Shown one piece after another: positions 59,901 to 64,000 of a stretch of 64,000 nucleotides of DNA. Positions within the stretch are counted from its first letter, which is position 1; each line of letters starts with the position of its first letter. This DNA is from Aplysia californica. Lineage: Eukaryota. A program made the translations under genes and the position numbers. Where the stretch lies: the NCBI RefSeq assembly GCF_000002075.1, contig NW_004797759.1, positions 287,037-351,036 of the forward strand, read 5' to 3'. A model generated the notes under the pieces. The model ran no database searches, was not told the DNA's origin, and saw nothing but the letters and a program-made list of their open reading frames with translations.

Positions 59901-62749
59901 GCCTTATAACCTAGACAGGAGAACATTTATAGCCTTATGGAAATATACAAGAATGTATAATAATTATCAAAAGTATTTTGTTAACTTTTGTGGATTTTTG
60001 GAAAAAACGGGAAACAATCAAAATTCGAATTTAGACTGCATGGTTTGAGGGCACCAGTAATAAGTTCCCCTTCTTTCCTTTCTTGCTGTTGATTCTGTCT
60101 ATATGTTTTGTGTTTTCTAAACTTGAAACGACCTTTTTTTAAATGTATTTACATTCTTCCTTTTACAAAGAAAAGTAAGGACCCAAACATAATAAGGTTT
60201 ACAGTGCTGGAAGAATTATAGATGTACAGGAAGCTTCTTCTAAACTTTGTAGCATTATTCCATTACAAGGCTTTCTTAATTATGTAATGTAAAGTAATTG
60301 TCACTTTACAATCATTTGTTAATGATTTTGCAAGCTGATTAGTCCCTTTTTAGTTTCCTTATTAATGATATTACACGTTTTTTTTTCTTTTTTTCCTCGT
60401 TCTCGATATTGCATGTAATATTTGTCCCTTTACAGTTTGTGTTGATGAGGTTACGTATATTGTCCATTTTTCATGATTTGTTAATGATGTTACATGTAAT
60501 AATTCTCCATTTTTGATGATTTGTTAATGGTATTCCACTTGTAATATTTGTCCATTTTCACTGACTTGTAAAGATATGTCGTAGAGTATTTTACCTTTTT
60601 CTCAATGATATTGCCTATAGTATTTGTCCCCTTTCAGTATATTGACTCAGTAATATTGCGTTTAGTATTTAACCTTAATCTGTGGTTTCTTAATCTTGTT
60701 ACAGGTATTCTATGTATGGAGCTTCGGTGAATGAACTTAAAGTGTCCACCGTGTCATCTGGCTCACGGAATACAATTTGGGTTAAGCATGGGAACCAAGG
60801 TCCTGGGTGGAAAAAGATTACATATGATCTGGATAATTCTGCTCCTACACAGTTCACGGTTGGTTCCTTTTTGACACTTTCACTATATTTNNNNNNNNNN
60901 NNNNNNNNNNNNNNNNNNNNNNNNNNNNNNNNNNNNNNNNNNNNNNNNNNNNNNNNNNNNNNNNNNNNNNNNNNNNNNNNNNNNNNNNNNNNNNNNNNNN
61001 NNNNNNNNNNNNNNNNNNNNNNNNNNNNNNNNNNNNNNNNNNNNNNNNNNNNNNNNNNNNNNNNNNNNNNNNNNNNNNNNNNNNNNNACACACACACTCA
61101 TGCAAGNNNNNNNNNNNNNNNNNNNNNNNNNNNNNNNNNNNNNNNNNNNNNNNNNNNNNNNNNNNNNNNNNNNNNNNNNNNNNNNNNNNNNNNNNNNNNN
61201 NNNNNNNNNNNNNNNNNNNNNNNNNNNNNNNNNNNNNNNNNNNNNAGGTTTAGGTGTTGGCCTCTCATTCAAAGGTCCCGGGTTCGATTCCGGGTAGCGA
61301 CCAAAACATTTTCTTCTCTAAAATTGTCTCCTTTCACATCCTTTCCTGATCTCTAACAATGTTCTGTTGTCTGCTTTCATTTCCACTTTCTGCCCCCACC
61401 CCCTCACCTCCTTTGCCCCCTCCTCTGGGCTCCTGACTCTTTCTGCAGCCTTTCTACTGCTACTCCTTGGTTCCTCCTAACTGCTGTCTTTCTGCCACAC
61501 CCCTGATCTTCTGGTAGGAAAGATCTACACGTAGCCTTCTTGGACAAGGGCGAAAAATCTCGGAGGGCCTGTGTGCAAGTTGCGCACGTTAAAGATCCCT
61601 TGGTGGTCTAAAATCGATAAGAGTAGGCTTCGGCTGCCACCCGAGCAAAATTCAAAATTTCCTACCAACTGAAAATATTAGGAGTGTCCCGCGCGCTCAT
61701 ATGACCTATGCAGTTGCGAGCGCCATAAAACCCTTTACAAAAAAAAACAAAAAAACACACACACACACACACACACACGCACGCCAACACATACAAACAC
61801 ACACACTTATNNNNNNNNNNNNNNNNNNNNNNNNNNNNNNNNNNNNNNNNNNNNNNNNNNNNNNNNNNNNNNNNNNNNNNNNNNNNNNNNNNNNNNNNNN
61901 NNNNNNNNNNNNNNNNNNNNNNNNNNNNNNNNNNNNNNNNNNNNNNNNNNNNNNNNNNNNNNNNNNNNNNNNNNNNNNNNNNNNNNNNNNNNNNNNNNNN
62001 NNNNNNNNNNNNNNNNNNNNNNNNNNNNNNNNNNNNNNNNNNNNNNNNNNNNNNNNNNNNNNNNNNNNNNNNGTGTGTACATATATATTTATGAATGAGC
62101 TTTTCCCAAAAGGTGGGGGCTTCATGAGGGTTAATGAGGCCAAAAATAAACGTTGATCAGTGAGTCCGCTTAAACTAAACGCAGTTAACCTAAAAACAGT
62201 GGTAAATTGTAAAGAACAATAAAATCCCCAATTTTTAAACTTCTATTTGAGCAGCCATTCTAAACTGAAAACTCGGCTAAATAAAAAATAATTTGGTGGT
62301 CCCACAGATTTCATTTTAAGTGGACTCCACTGTATATATATATAAAATGCACAGTTGAAGTTGTCTAAAACGGCCATTCATTATAAAGGAGAAAAACTGT
62401 TGTTTTAAACAGATAGACATCTTACACAGTGTCATTATAATGTAAACATTTATAAAAGGGAGGGAATGGGGAGTGGTTGTTTATACTGATGATTGTCTAC
62501 TGCAGGTGGCTGTTATAGTAGGATAGAGTGTATATTATATGGCTTATAAGTCGTTTTTATGAAAATGAATTCACTTTGAAAATTCTTGTATTCTATGTGC
62601 ACATTTTATGTATAAATTTAAATAGTTTGGTTATTTTTCTGCCCTTCTGATTTCTCTTTAACAGCTTGAGATCTCTGCAACTCAAGGCACTTCCTTTACA
62701 GGAGATATTGCTATTGATGACATTCAACTCTCTGATGGAGATTGTGCAG
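2186..62749 (+). CDS. Partial multi-exon gene: extracellular tandem MAM-domain protein (10 MAM domains + S/T/P linkers; MALRD1/MAM-LDLa-family-like), 37 exons, 5' and 3' ends outside window
   Basis: Repeated MAM motifs CxFD/E..C.W, DW.R..G.T....TGP..DHT, GYY.Y.E.S, CL.FWYHMYG, W...G.QG..W, GDIAIDD...C. All exons have AG/GT ends and compatible phases; joined length 5277 nt with no stop. Confidence 0.93.
2475..2703. mobile_element. TTAA-type (piggyBac-like) MITE, family CCCTATCCG, copy 1
   Basis: TTAA|CCCTATCC ... CGGATAGG; similar to 15635-15858 (inverted) and 42331-42570. Confidence 0.75.
2857..3102 (+). mobile_element. tRNA-derived SINE with (ACTTT)n tail, 13-bp TSD
   Basis: Box A-like GGCATAGTGG, box B-like GGTTCGTGCC; TSD TATCT(A/T)GATCTGT at 2844-2856 and 3103-3115; truncated second copy at 3427-3511. 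Confidence 0.7.
3739..3892 (+). CDS. Exon 2, MAM1 (GYYAYLETS...[19 protein letters not shown])
   Basis: gcag / gtaaga, phase 1-2. Confidence 0.92.
4366..4790. mobile_element. ~430-bp non-autonomous DNA element family A, copy 1 (other copies about 11284-11545, 17425-17862, 37670-38090, 39615-40055, 46195-46850, 55177-55600, 55676-56118, 57195-57630)
   Basis: Shared blocks GTGGAATCAGG, ATCTTGAATAGAAGTC.AGATATT, AGCTTGAGAGTC, CTGATTTCACCA; imperfect TIRs; both orientations. Confidence 0.75.
4986..5079 (+). CDS. Exon 3, MAM1 ([31 protein letters not shown])
   Basis: ctag / gtaagt, phase 2-0; not in ORF track; W..G.Q..W motif. Confidence 0.88.
5603..5782. mobile_element. MITE, TIR CTGTCCC(C), 6-bp TSD, copy 1
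   Basis: CATTAC|CTGTCCC ... GGGGACAG|CATTAT; homologous to 31101-31277. Confidence 0.75.
5815..6190 (+). mobile_element. I-group/Ingi-like LINE 3' end with (CAT)n tail; shorter second copy at about 5425-5565
   Basis: [12 protein letters not shown]...CRRC....EDVKH...CP matches the non-LTR ORF2 C-terminal CCHC knuckle; about 130 bp duplicated. Confidence 0.6.
6583..6673 (+). CDS. Exon 4, MAM1 C-part ([30 protein letters not shown])
   Basis: ccag / gtgaga, phase 0-1; GDIAIDD. Confidence 0.92.
7886..8023 (+). CDS. Exon 5, MAM2 N-part ([13 protein letters not shown]...[10 protein letters not shown])
   Basis: ttcag / gtaagt, phase 1-1. Confidence 0.9.
8074..8366 (-). mobile_element. Retroposon (SINE-like family B) with perfect 11-bp TSD; second copy at about 38150-38425
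   Basis: TSD TCACACTACTC at 8063-8073 and 8367-8377; tail CGCTCATATGACCTTATGCAGTTGTGAGCG. Confidence 0.8.
8917..9170 (+). CDS. Exon 6, MAM2 middle (HFLVARVS...CLQFWY...QIQ)
   Basis: ccag / gtttgt, phase 1-0. Confidence 0.88.
9239..9592 (+). mobile_element. tRNA-derived CORE-type SINE, diverged copy
   Basis: Colinear with 22260-22611. Confidence 0.85.
10228..10318 (+). CDS. Exon 7, MAM2 C-part ([30 protein letters not shown])
   Basis: acag / gtaagt, phase 0-1; AIDD..C. Confidence 0.85.
10759..10899 (+). CDS. Exon 8, MAM3 N-part ([12 protein letters not shown]...GTGPSSDFT)
   Basis: gcag / gtacgt, phase 1-1. Confidence 0.9.
12332..12600 (+). CDS. Exon 9, MAM3 middle (HYIFTDS...[10 protein letters not shown]...GDQGTGW...TYQ)
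   Basis: tcag / gtcagt, phase 1-0. Confidence 0.92.
13600..13820 (-). mobile_element. RTE-clade LINE 3' fragment
   Basis: Translates [15 protein letters not shown]. Confidence 0.6.
13842..13926 (+). CDS. Exon 10, MAM3 C-part ([28 protein letters not shown])
   Basis: acag / gtaagg, phase 0-1. Confidence 0.9.
14646..14735 (+). CDS. Exon 11, Ser/Thr/Pro-rich linker ([29 protein letters not shown])
   Basis: aag / gtaagt, phase 1-1, 90 nt, mucin-like composition. Confidence 0.75.
15288..15422 (+). CDS. Exon 12, MAM4 N-part ([13 protein letters not shown]...[11 protein letters not shown])
   Basis: acag / gtaagg, phase 1-1. Confidence 0.92.
15635..15858. mobile_element. TTAA-type MITE, family CCCTATCCG, copy 2 (inverted)
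   Basis: CCCTATCCGTAC ... GTACGGATAGGG|TTAA. Confidence 0.8.
15983..16519. repeat. Microsatellite cluster (TCTG)n, (CT)n, (CAT)n
   Basis: Direct reading. Confidence 0.9.
16581..16619 (-). ncRNA. Degenerate minimal type I hammerhead ribozyme motif (Penelope-type), copy 1
   Basis: Minus strand GTTC-TTGATGA-A-GCCCT-TTAC-AGGGC-GAAA-CGTT-GAAC: stems I and II, GAAA and palindromic AACGTT intact; C3 is T. Confidence 0.6.
16793..16830 (-). ncRNA. Degenerate minimal hammerhead motif, copy 2
   Basis: Minus strand TGTTC-CTGAAGA-A-ACCC-ATAA-GGGC-AAGA-CATT-GAATA: CUGANGA intact, GAAA mutated. Confidence 0.45.
18100..18194 (+). CDS. Exon 13, MAM4 ([31 protein letters not shown])
   Basis: tcag acceptor; donor after 18194 or 18188 (both phase 0). 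Confidence 0.85.
18582..19952. mobile_element. hAT-type DNA transposon (mostly assembly gap)
   Basis: TIR CAG(G/T)GGCGGTT(T/C)GT; perfect 8-bp TSD ATTGTTCT at 18574-18581 and 19953-19960. Confidence 0.8.
20385..20714. mobile_element. TTAA-type MITE
   Basis: TTAA|CTCTTTCACTAC ... GTAGTGAAGGAG|TTAA. Confidence 0.75.
21510..22259. repeat. Diverged tandem duplication, unit about 395 bp
   Basis: GCAATAA...GAAAGGGAATTAGA...TTTCAGACCTAG...TGTCAAGCT blocks at about 21518 and 21913; second unit interrupted by a SINE. Confidence 0.7.
22260..22611 (+). mobile_element. Full-length tRNA-derived CORE-type SINE with L2-like tail
   Basis: Box A TGGCCTAGTGG, box B GGTTCGAATCC, CORE-like TGTGTCCTTGGGAAAGGCACTTTAC...CCTCAC...AATGGG, tail TGTAAAGCGC...GCGCTATACAAAT(TAT)n. 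Confidence 0.9.
23080..23235 (+). mobile_element. Short retroposon family E (other copies about 26625-26868 and 34625-34915)
   Basis: Shared GGTGCTCT..TGTGGTTTGC, TAACACCTCTAATCTT.GGCACTT...AAGTGCCGTAAA..ACTTACT. Confidence 0.65.
23264..23428 (+). CDS. Exon 14, MAM4 ([10 protein letters not shown]...[11 protein letters not shown]...SSYR)
   Basis: gcag / gtgagt, phase 0-0. Confidence 0.92.
23925..24305 (+). mobile_element. Nin/Deu-domain-like SINE, 5'-truncated copy
   Basis: Colinear with 61247-61740. Confidence 0.75.
24651..24735 (+). CDS. Exon 15, MAM4 C-part ([28 protein letters not shown])
   Basis: tcag / gtaagt, phase 0-1. Confidence 0.92.
24958..25316 (+). mobile_element. CORE-type SINE, old diverged copy
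   Basis: Colinear with 22260-22611. Confidence 0.8.
25827..26033 (+). CDS. Exon 16, short linker + MAM5 N-part ([26 protein letters not shown]...[13 protein letters not shown])
   Basis: gtag / gtaaga, phase 1-1. Confidence 0.9.
26870..27312 (+). mobile_element. tRNA-derived Nin/Deu-domain-like SINE
   Basis: Box A TGGTCCAGAGG, box B GGTTCGAATCC, pyrimidine-rich body, GTCCCGTGTG...TAAAGGTCCCTTGG...TAAGAGTAGG block. Confidence 0.75.
27797..27954 (+). CDS. Exon 17, MAM5 (HYAFVDAS...[21 protein letters not shown])
   Basis: tcag / gtaact, phase 1-0. Confidence 0.9.
28544..29062. mobile_element. PIF/Harbinger (Tourist)-like MITE
   Basis: TAA|GGCCCCATTTACACGTACA ... TGTACATGTAAAGGGACCC|TAA; 3-bp TAA TSD. 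Confidence 0.7.
29204..29314 (+). CDS. Exon 18, MAM5 ([27 protein letters not shown]...SYQ)
   Basis: ccag / gtgaat, phase 0-0. Confidence 0.88.
29327..29997. mobile_element. Tc1/mariner (pogo/Tigger-like) MITE
   Basis: TA|CAGT... ...ACTG|TA termini with subterminal TCGAAC / TTCGAG motifs. Confidence 0.6.
30046..31088. mobile_element. ~1.04-kb TTAA-type (piggyBac-like) non-autonomous element, copy 1
   Basis: TTAA|CTCATTCG(G/C)TACG TIRs; colinear with 58158-59197. Confidence 0.88.
31101..31277. mobile_element. MITE, TIR CTGTCCCC, perfect 6-bp TSD, copy 2
   Basis: ACATAA|CTGTCCCC ... GGGGACAG|ACATAA. Confidence 0.8.
31869..31959 (+). CDS. Exon 19, MAM5 C-part ([30 protein letters not shown])
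   Basis: gcag / gtgagg, phase 0-1. Confidence 0.92.
32530..32664 (+). CDS. Exon 20, MAM6 N-part ([13 protein letters not shown]...[11 protein letters not shown])
   Basis: caag / gtcaca (weak donor), phase 1-1. Confidence 0.85.
33436..33603 (+). CDS. Exon 21, MAM6 (LYMFFTS...KAWLIS...CMSFWYFM...IRIP)
   Basis: tcag / gtcagt, phase 1-1. Confidence 0.88.
33619..34105 (-). mobile_element. CORE-type SINE with expanded (ATT)n tail
   Basis: Reverse complement of the 22260 family at about 33780-34105; tail expanded to about 170 bp of AAT repeats next to the exon 21 donor. Confidence 0.8.
34999..35196 (+). CDS. Exon 22, MAM6 C-part ([18 protein letters not shown]...VVFEG...[15 protein letters not shown])
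   Basis: ccag / gtaagt, phase 1-1. Confidence 0.88.
35610..36320. mobile_element. TTAA-type non-autonomous element
   Basis: TTAA|CACATTACAC ... GTGTTATGTG|TTAA with GC-rich subtermini. Confidence 0.65.
36561..36770 (+). CDS. Exon 23, P/T/Q-rich linker + MAM7 N-part ([37 protein letters not shown]...GDHTKSG)
   Basis: acag / gtaaga, phase 1-1. Confidence 0.9.
37301..37397 (+). CDS. Exon 24, MAM7 ([31 protein letters not shown])
   Basis: tcag / gtaagt, phase 1-2. Confidence 0.9.
38985..39141 (+). CDS. Exon 25, MAM7 (FYFNMNG...[12 protein letters not shown]...DFQ)
   Basis: tcag / gtaggc, phase 2-0. Confidence 0.9.
40634..40721 (+). CDS. Exon 26, MAM7 C-part ([29 protein letters not shown])
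   Basis: ccag / gtatgc, phase 0-1. Confidence 0.92.
41083..41288. mobile_element. TTAA-type MITE
   Basis: TTAA|CCTCTTCACTGCTGA ... TCAACAGTGAATGGG|TTAA. Confidence 0.65.
41528..41898 (+). mobile_element. 5'-truncated RNase H-containing non-LTR retrotransposon
   Basis: [16 protein letters not shown] (RNase H C-terminus), in-frame stop, CPVC end, (CAGGTAA)n tail, TSD TAATGGATG at 41519-41527 and 41899-41907. Confidence 0.78.
42143..42316 (+). CDS. Exon 27, short linker + MAM8 N-part ([23 protein letters not shown]...[14 protein letters not shown])
   Basis: tcag / gtaagc, phase 1-1. Confidence 0.92.
42331..42570. mobile_element. TTAA-type MITE, family CCCTATCCG, copy 3
   Basis: TTAA|CCCTATCCG ... 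CGGATTGGG|TTAA. Confidence 0.82.
43698..44165 (-). pseudogene. Tc1/mariner transposase C-terminal relic (frameshifted)
   Basis: [29 protein letters not shown] and terminal GGHTRY* motifs; a 45-bp piece recurs at about 42775-42820. Confidence 0.8.
44315..44530 (-). mobile_element. Non-LTR reverse transcriptase fragment (I/Ingi-like)
   Basis: [10 protein letters not shown]...MQLALD...W...W.VTVNKEKS (YADD-like catalytic region). Confidence 0.7.
44961..45161 (+). CDS. Exon 28, MAM8 ([21 protein letters not shown]...[10 protein letters not shown]...AWTRH)
   Basis: ttag / gtcaga, phase 1-1. Confidence 0.9.
45190..45570. repeat. Tandem repeat, about 128 bp x 3
   Basis: GGAGCATTATGACTTGCTGTATTCCCAGTT...TTATCTTACTG recurs at about 45217, 45345 and 45473. 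Confidence 0.85.
46365..46717 (-). mobile_element. Full-length CORE-type SINE nested in a family A element
   Basis: Near-identical reverse complement of 22260-22611; family A sequence resumes on both sides. Confidence 0.9.
46980..47160 (-). mobile_element. RTE-clade LINE 3' end with (TGA)n tail
   Basis: [16 protein letters not shown]...[16 protein letters not shown]. Confidence 0.75.
47182..47337 (+). CDS. Exon 29, MAM8 C-part ([11 protein letters not shown]...IVFEAVRG...[18 protein letters not shown])
   Basis: acag / gtaaat, phase 1-1. Confidence 0.92.
47606..47985 (-). mobile_element. L2-clade LINE 3' end
   Basis: [29 protein letters not shown] plus tail TGAAAAGCGCTCAGAGC...CGCTATATAAATGCAAT(TAT)n. 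Confidence 0.65.
48934..49074 (+). CDS. Exon 30, MAM9 N-part ([13 protein letters not shown]...[13 protein letters not shown])
   Basis: acag / gtgagg, phase 1-1. Confidence 0.92.
49580..49842 (+). CDS. Exon 31, MAM9 middle ([15 protein letters not shown]...[10 protein letters not shown]...QGTDW...SYQ)
   Basis: tcag / gtaaga, phase 1-0. Confidence 0.92.
50857..50944 (+). CDS. Exon 32, MAM9 C-part ([29 protein letters not shown])
   Basis: gcag / gtacgt, phase 0-1. Confidence 0.92.
52173..52283 (+). CDS. Exon 33, Ser/Thr/Pro-rich linker ([36 protein letters not shown])
   Basis: tcag / gtaatg, phase 1-1, 111 nt. Confidence 0.8.
54640..55118 (+). mobile_element. CR1-group (Rex1/Babar-like) LINE 3' end with (TATCT)n tail
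   Basis: NDPSHPL....RRY motif; GGACAATAAAG(TATCT)n tail, also seen at about 49849-49890 (-) and 51156-51190. Confidence 0.45.
56282..56416 (+). CDS. Exon 34, MAM10 N-part ([26 protein letters not shown]...TGPTRDHTT)
   Basis: acag / gtaggt, phase 1-1; not in ORF track. Confidence 0.9.
56486..56557. repeat. (TAAT)n microsatellite (self-complementary)
   Basis: Direct reading. Confidence 0.9.
57005..57960 (-). mobile_element. L2-clade LINE ORF2 relic interrupted by a family A element
   Basis: [22 protein letters not shown] and [17 protein letters not shown] motifs. Confidence 0.7.
58158..59197. mobile_element. ~1.04-kb TTAA-type non-autonomous element, copy 2
   Basis: Perfect 13-bp TIR CTCATTCGCTACG, TTAA on both sides. 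Confidence 0.9.
59386..59500 (+). CDS. Exon 35, MAM10 ([22 protein letters not shown]...KCFSM)
   Basis: gcag / gtatgt, phase 1-2. Confidence 0.9.
59531..59830. mobile_element. 300-bp MITE with about 37-bp TIRs and AATT flanks
   Basis: AATT|GAAGACCTGAGA...CAAGGT(T/C)AAGTCACATTT inverted at both ends. Confidence 0.75.
60285..60670. repeat. Degenerate minisatellite, unit about 40 bp
   Basis: Recurrent TGTAATATTTGTCC...GATTTGTTAATGAT. Confidence 0.6.
60705..60858 (+). CDS. Exon 36, MAM10 ([13 protein letters not shown]...[11 protein letters not shown]...QFT)
   Basis: acag / gttggt, phase 2-0. Confidence 0.88.
61247..61740 (+). mobile_element. tRNA-derived Nin/Deu-domain-like SINE with stem-loop tail
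   Basis: Box B GGTTCGATTCC; TTAAAGATCCCTTGG...TAAGAGTAGG; tail GCGCTCATATGACCTATGCAGTTGCGAGCGC. Confidence 0.8.
62158..62332. mobile_element. Small Tc1/pogo-like MITE
   Basis: CAGTGAGTCCGCTTAAA ... TTTAAGTGGACTCCACTG|TA. Confidence 0.6.
62665..62749 (+). CDS. Exon 37, MAM10 C-part ([28 protein letters not shown])
   Basis: acag / gtaaaa, phase 0-1; gene continues downstream. Confidence 0.9.
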
Positions 62750-63381
62750 GTAAAATATTTTAACGGAAAGTTTCATTCATGGTTTCCACACTGTCTCCTT
62801 CTCGCTGAGGTAATGTGGCTCTGCTGGGATGTCTAGTGCATAAACGTACTAAAATAACTAGAAAAATTGATAAAATAAATAATGCTAAACACTTGTAGAT
62901 TACGAGGGGATAAAAAGGCAGGGTTACATTTGGGTGATTTTGAGAAGTCTTGGCATGAAAGCTTGGCACTTCATAACTTCCAAAGTATTAAAATCTTCCC
63001 CTTGTATTTTAAATGGACCCTGCCTCTTTCCTCCTGTTATGCTTATGTTAAATTCCAGTGTGTTTGAACCCCTTTGTGATCTAGGTGATGTATGTGGTTT
63101 GTCATTTTTTTTTTTGTTACGGCGAAGGAGACAAGATGCTTCTGTGACGTATGAAGTTTGTCATGCCTTGCGAAGTGGGAAGACCATGATGATGACTGCC
63201 GTTCATCATAGGCTGTACCTGCATACTGCTTCTGTTAGATGCATTTCTTGAAACTAATTGCAGATTCACCTTCAGCTATATTTTTTCTGTAGAGAGAAAT
63301 CTATTCCTTCTAGAGATAGAAGTATTTACAAACCAGGTCTAATTATTGGTGACCAGCCACTAAATCTAGCGCTACTCAAAA

Positions 63382-63738
63382 GTGGCGTTGGTGGCCTGGT
63401 GGTTAGGCTCTTGGACTCGCAACAGTAAGGTCGTGGGTTCGAATCCCGTCAGGGACCCGATGTTGTGTCCTTGGGAAAGGCACTTTACACGAATTTTCCT
63501 CACTTCACCCAGGTGGGAATGGGTACCCGACTATAGACAGTGAAAGATCTTATCAGTTTGTTAGTGTTTGAGCGCTTAATCAGCTGCTTGCACTGTATGC
63601 TTCCCGGGAAGCTGAGAATGTTTTGGAGTGTTCTATGGTCTGCTGGGGTAATAATATAGTGTAAAGCGCATAGAGCCTGCTGTTGAGCGGGGATAAGCGC
63701 TATACAAATGCTATTTATTATTATTATTATTATTATTA
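63382..63738 (+). mobile_element. Full-length CORE-type SINE
   Basis: Highly similar to 22260-22611. Confidence 0.9.
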
Positions 63739-64000
63739 ATTGTCTCAGAGGTTCCAAAGCTGTGCCTTGTTAAGCACGAACTGACCTGTGTCACAAAAGG
63801 GCTAATGGACGTTAATCTTGGAGGTCCCGCCTCTTAAATTATCTAATTGTGTATTTGACCATTTCACAAGTGTGATTTTACTTTAATTAGTGAATTGAAA
63901 GGAGTTTTTGAAATTTTTCTCAAAGGTGTAGGTGTCACAAGCTTGTCCTGCACATTTGAGATCCCATGTGCTTATCAAAATCAGCAAGGTGACTCCATGG

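Noticed and set aside
12645-62156. Long ORFs in the track containing X runs or CV/HT/II repeats
   Set aside because: Artefacts of N gaps and microsatellites.
2186-62749. Assigning the symbol MALRD1
   Set aside because: No LDLa repeats seen and termini missing, so orthology cannot be established from this window.

Overview
AT-rich metazoan (invertebrate-like) genomic DNA with several N gaps. Almost the whole window is the interior of one large + strand spliced gene. I reconstructed 37 GT-AG exons by hand (2186-62749, 5277 nt, 1759 codons, open frame, every junction phase-compatible). They encode ten tandem MAM domains plus Ser/Thr/Pro-rich linkers, apparently organised as repeated triplets. 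No LDLa module, start codon, signal peptide or stop codon is visible, so the gene extends beyond both ends (MALRD1/'MAM and LDLa domain protein'-like family, orthology not established). The introns are packed with mobile DNA: a young tRNA-derived CORE-type SINE with an L2-like tail, a Nin/Deu-domain-like SINE and other retroposons sharing one stem-loop tail, 3' fragments of RTE, L2, I/Ingi-like and Rex1-like LINEs, a Tc1 transposase relic, a hAT element, and MITEs with TTAA, TAA, TA, AATT and 6-bp target duplications. The most unusual items are a pair of degenerate Penelope-type minimal hammerhead ribozyme motifs, tandemly duplicated 'decoy' splice sites, and domain-specific intron positions in the MAM array. 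No rRNA, true tRNA or CRISPR was found. Element boundaries were read by eye and family assignments come from motif recall, not database searches.
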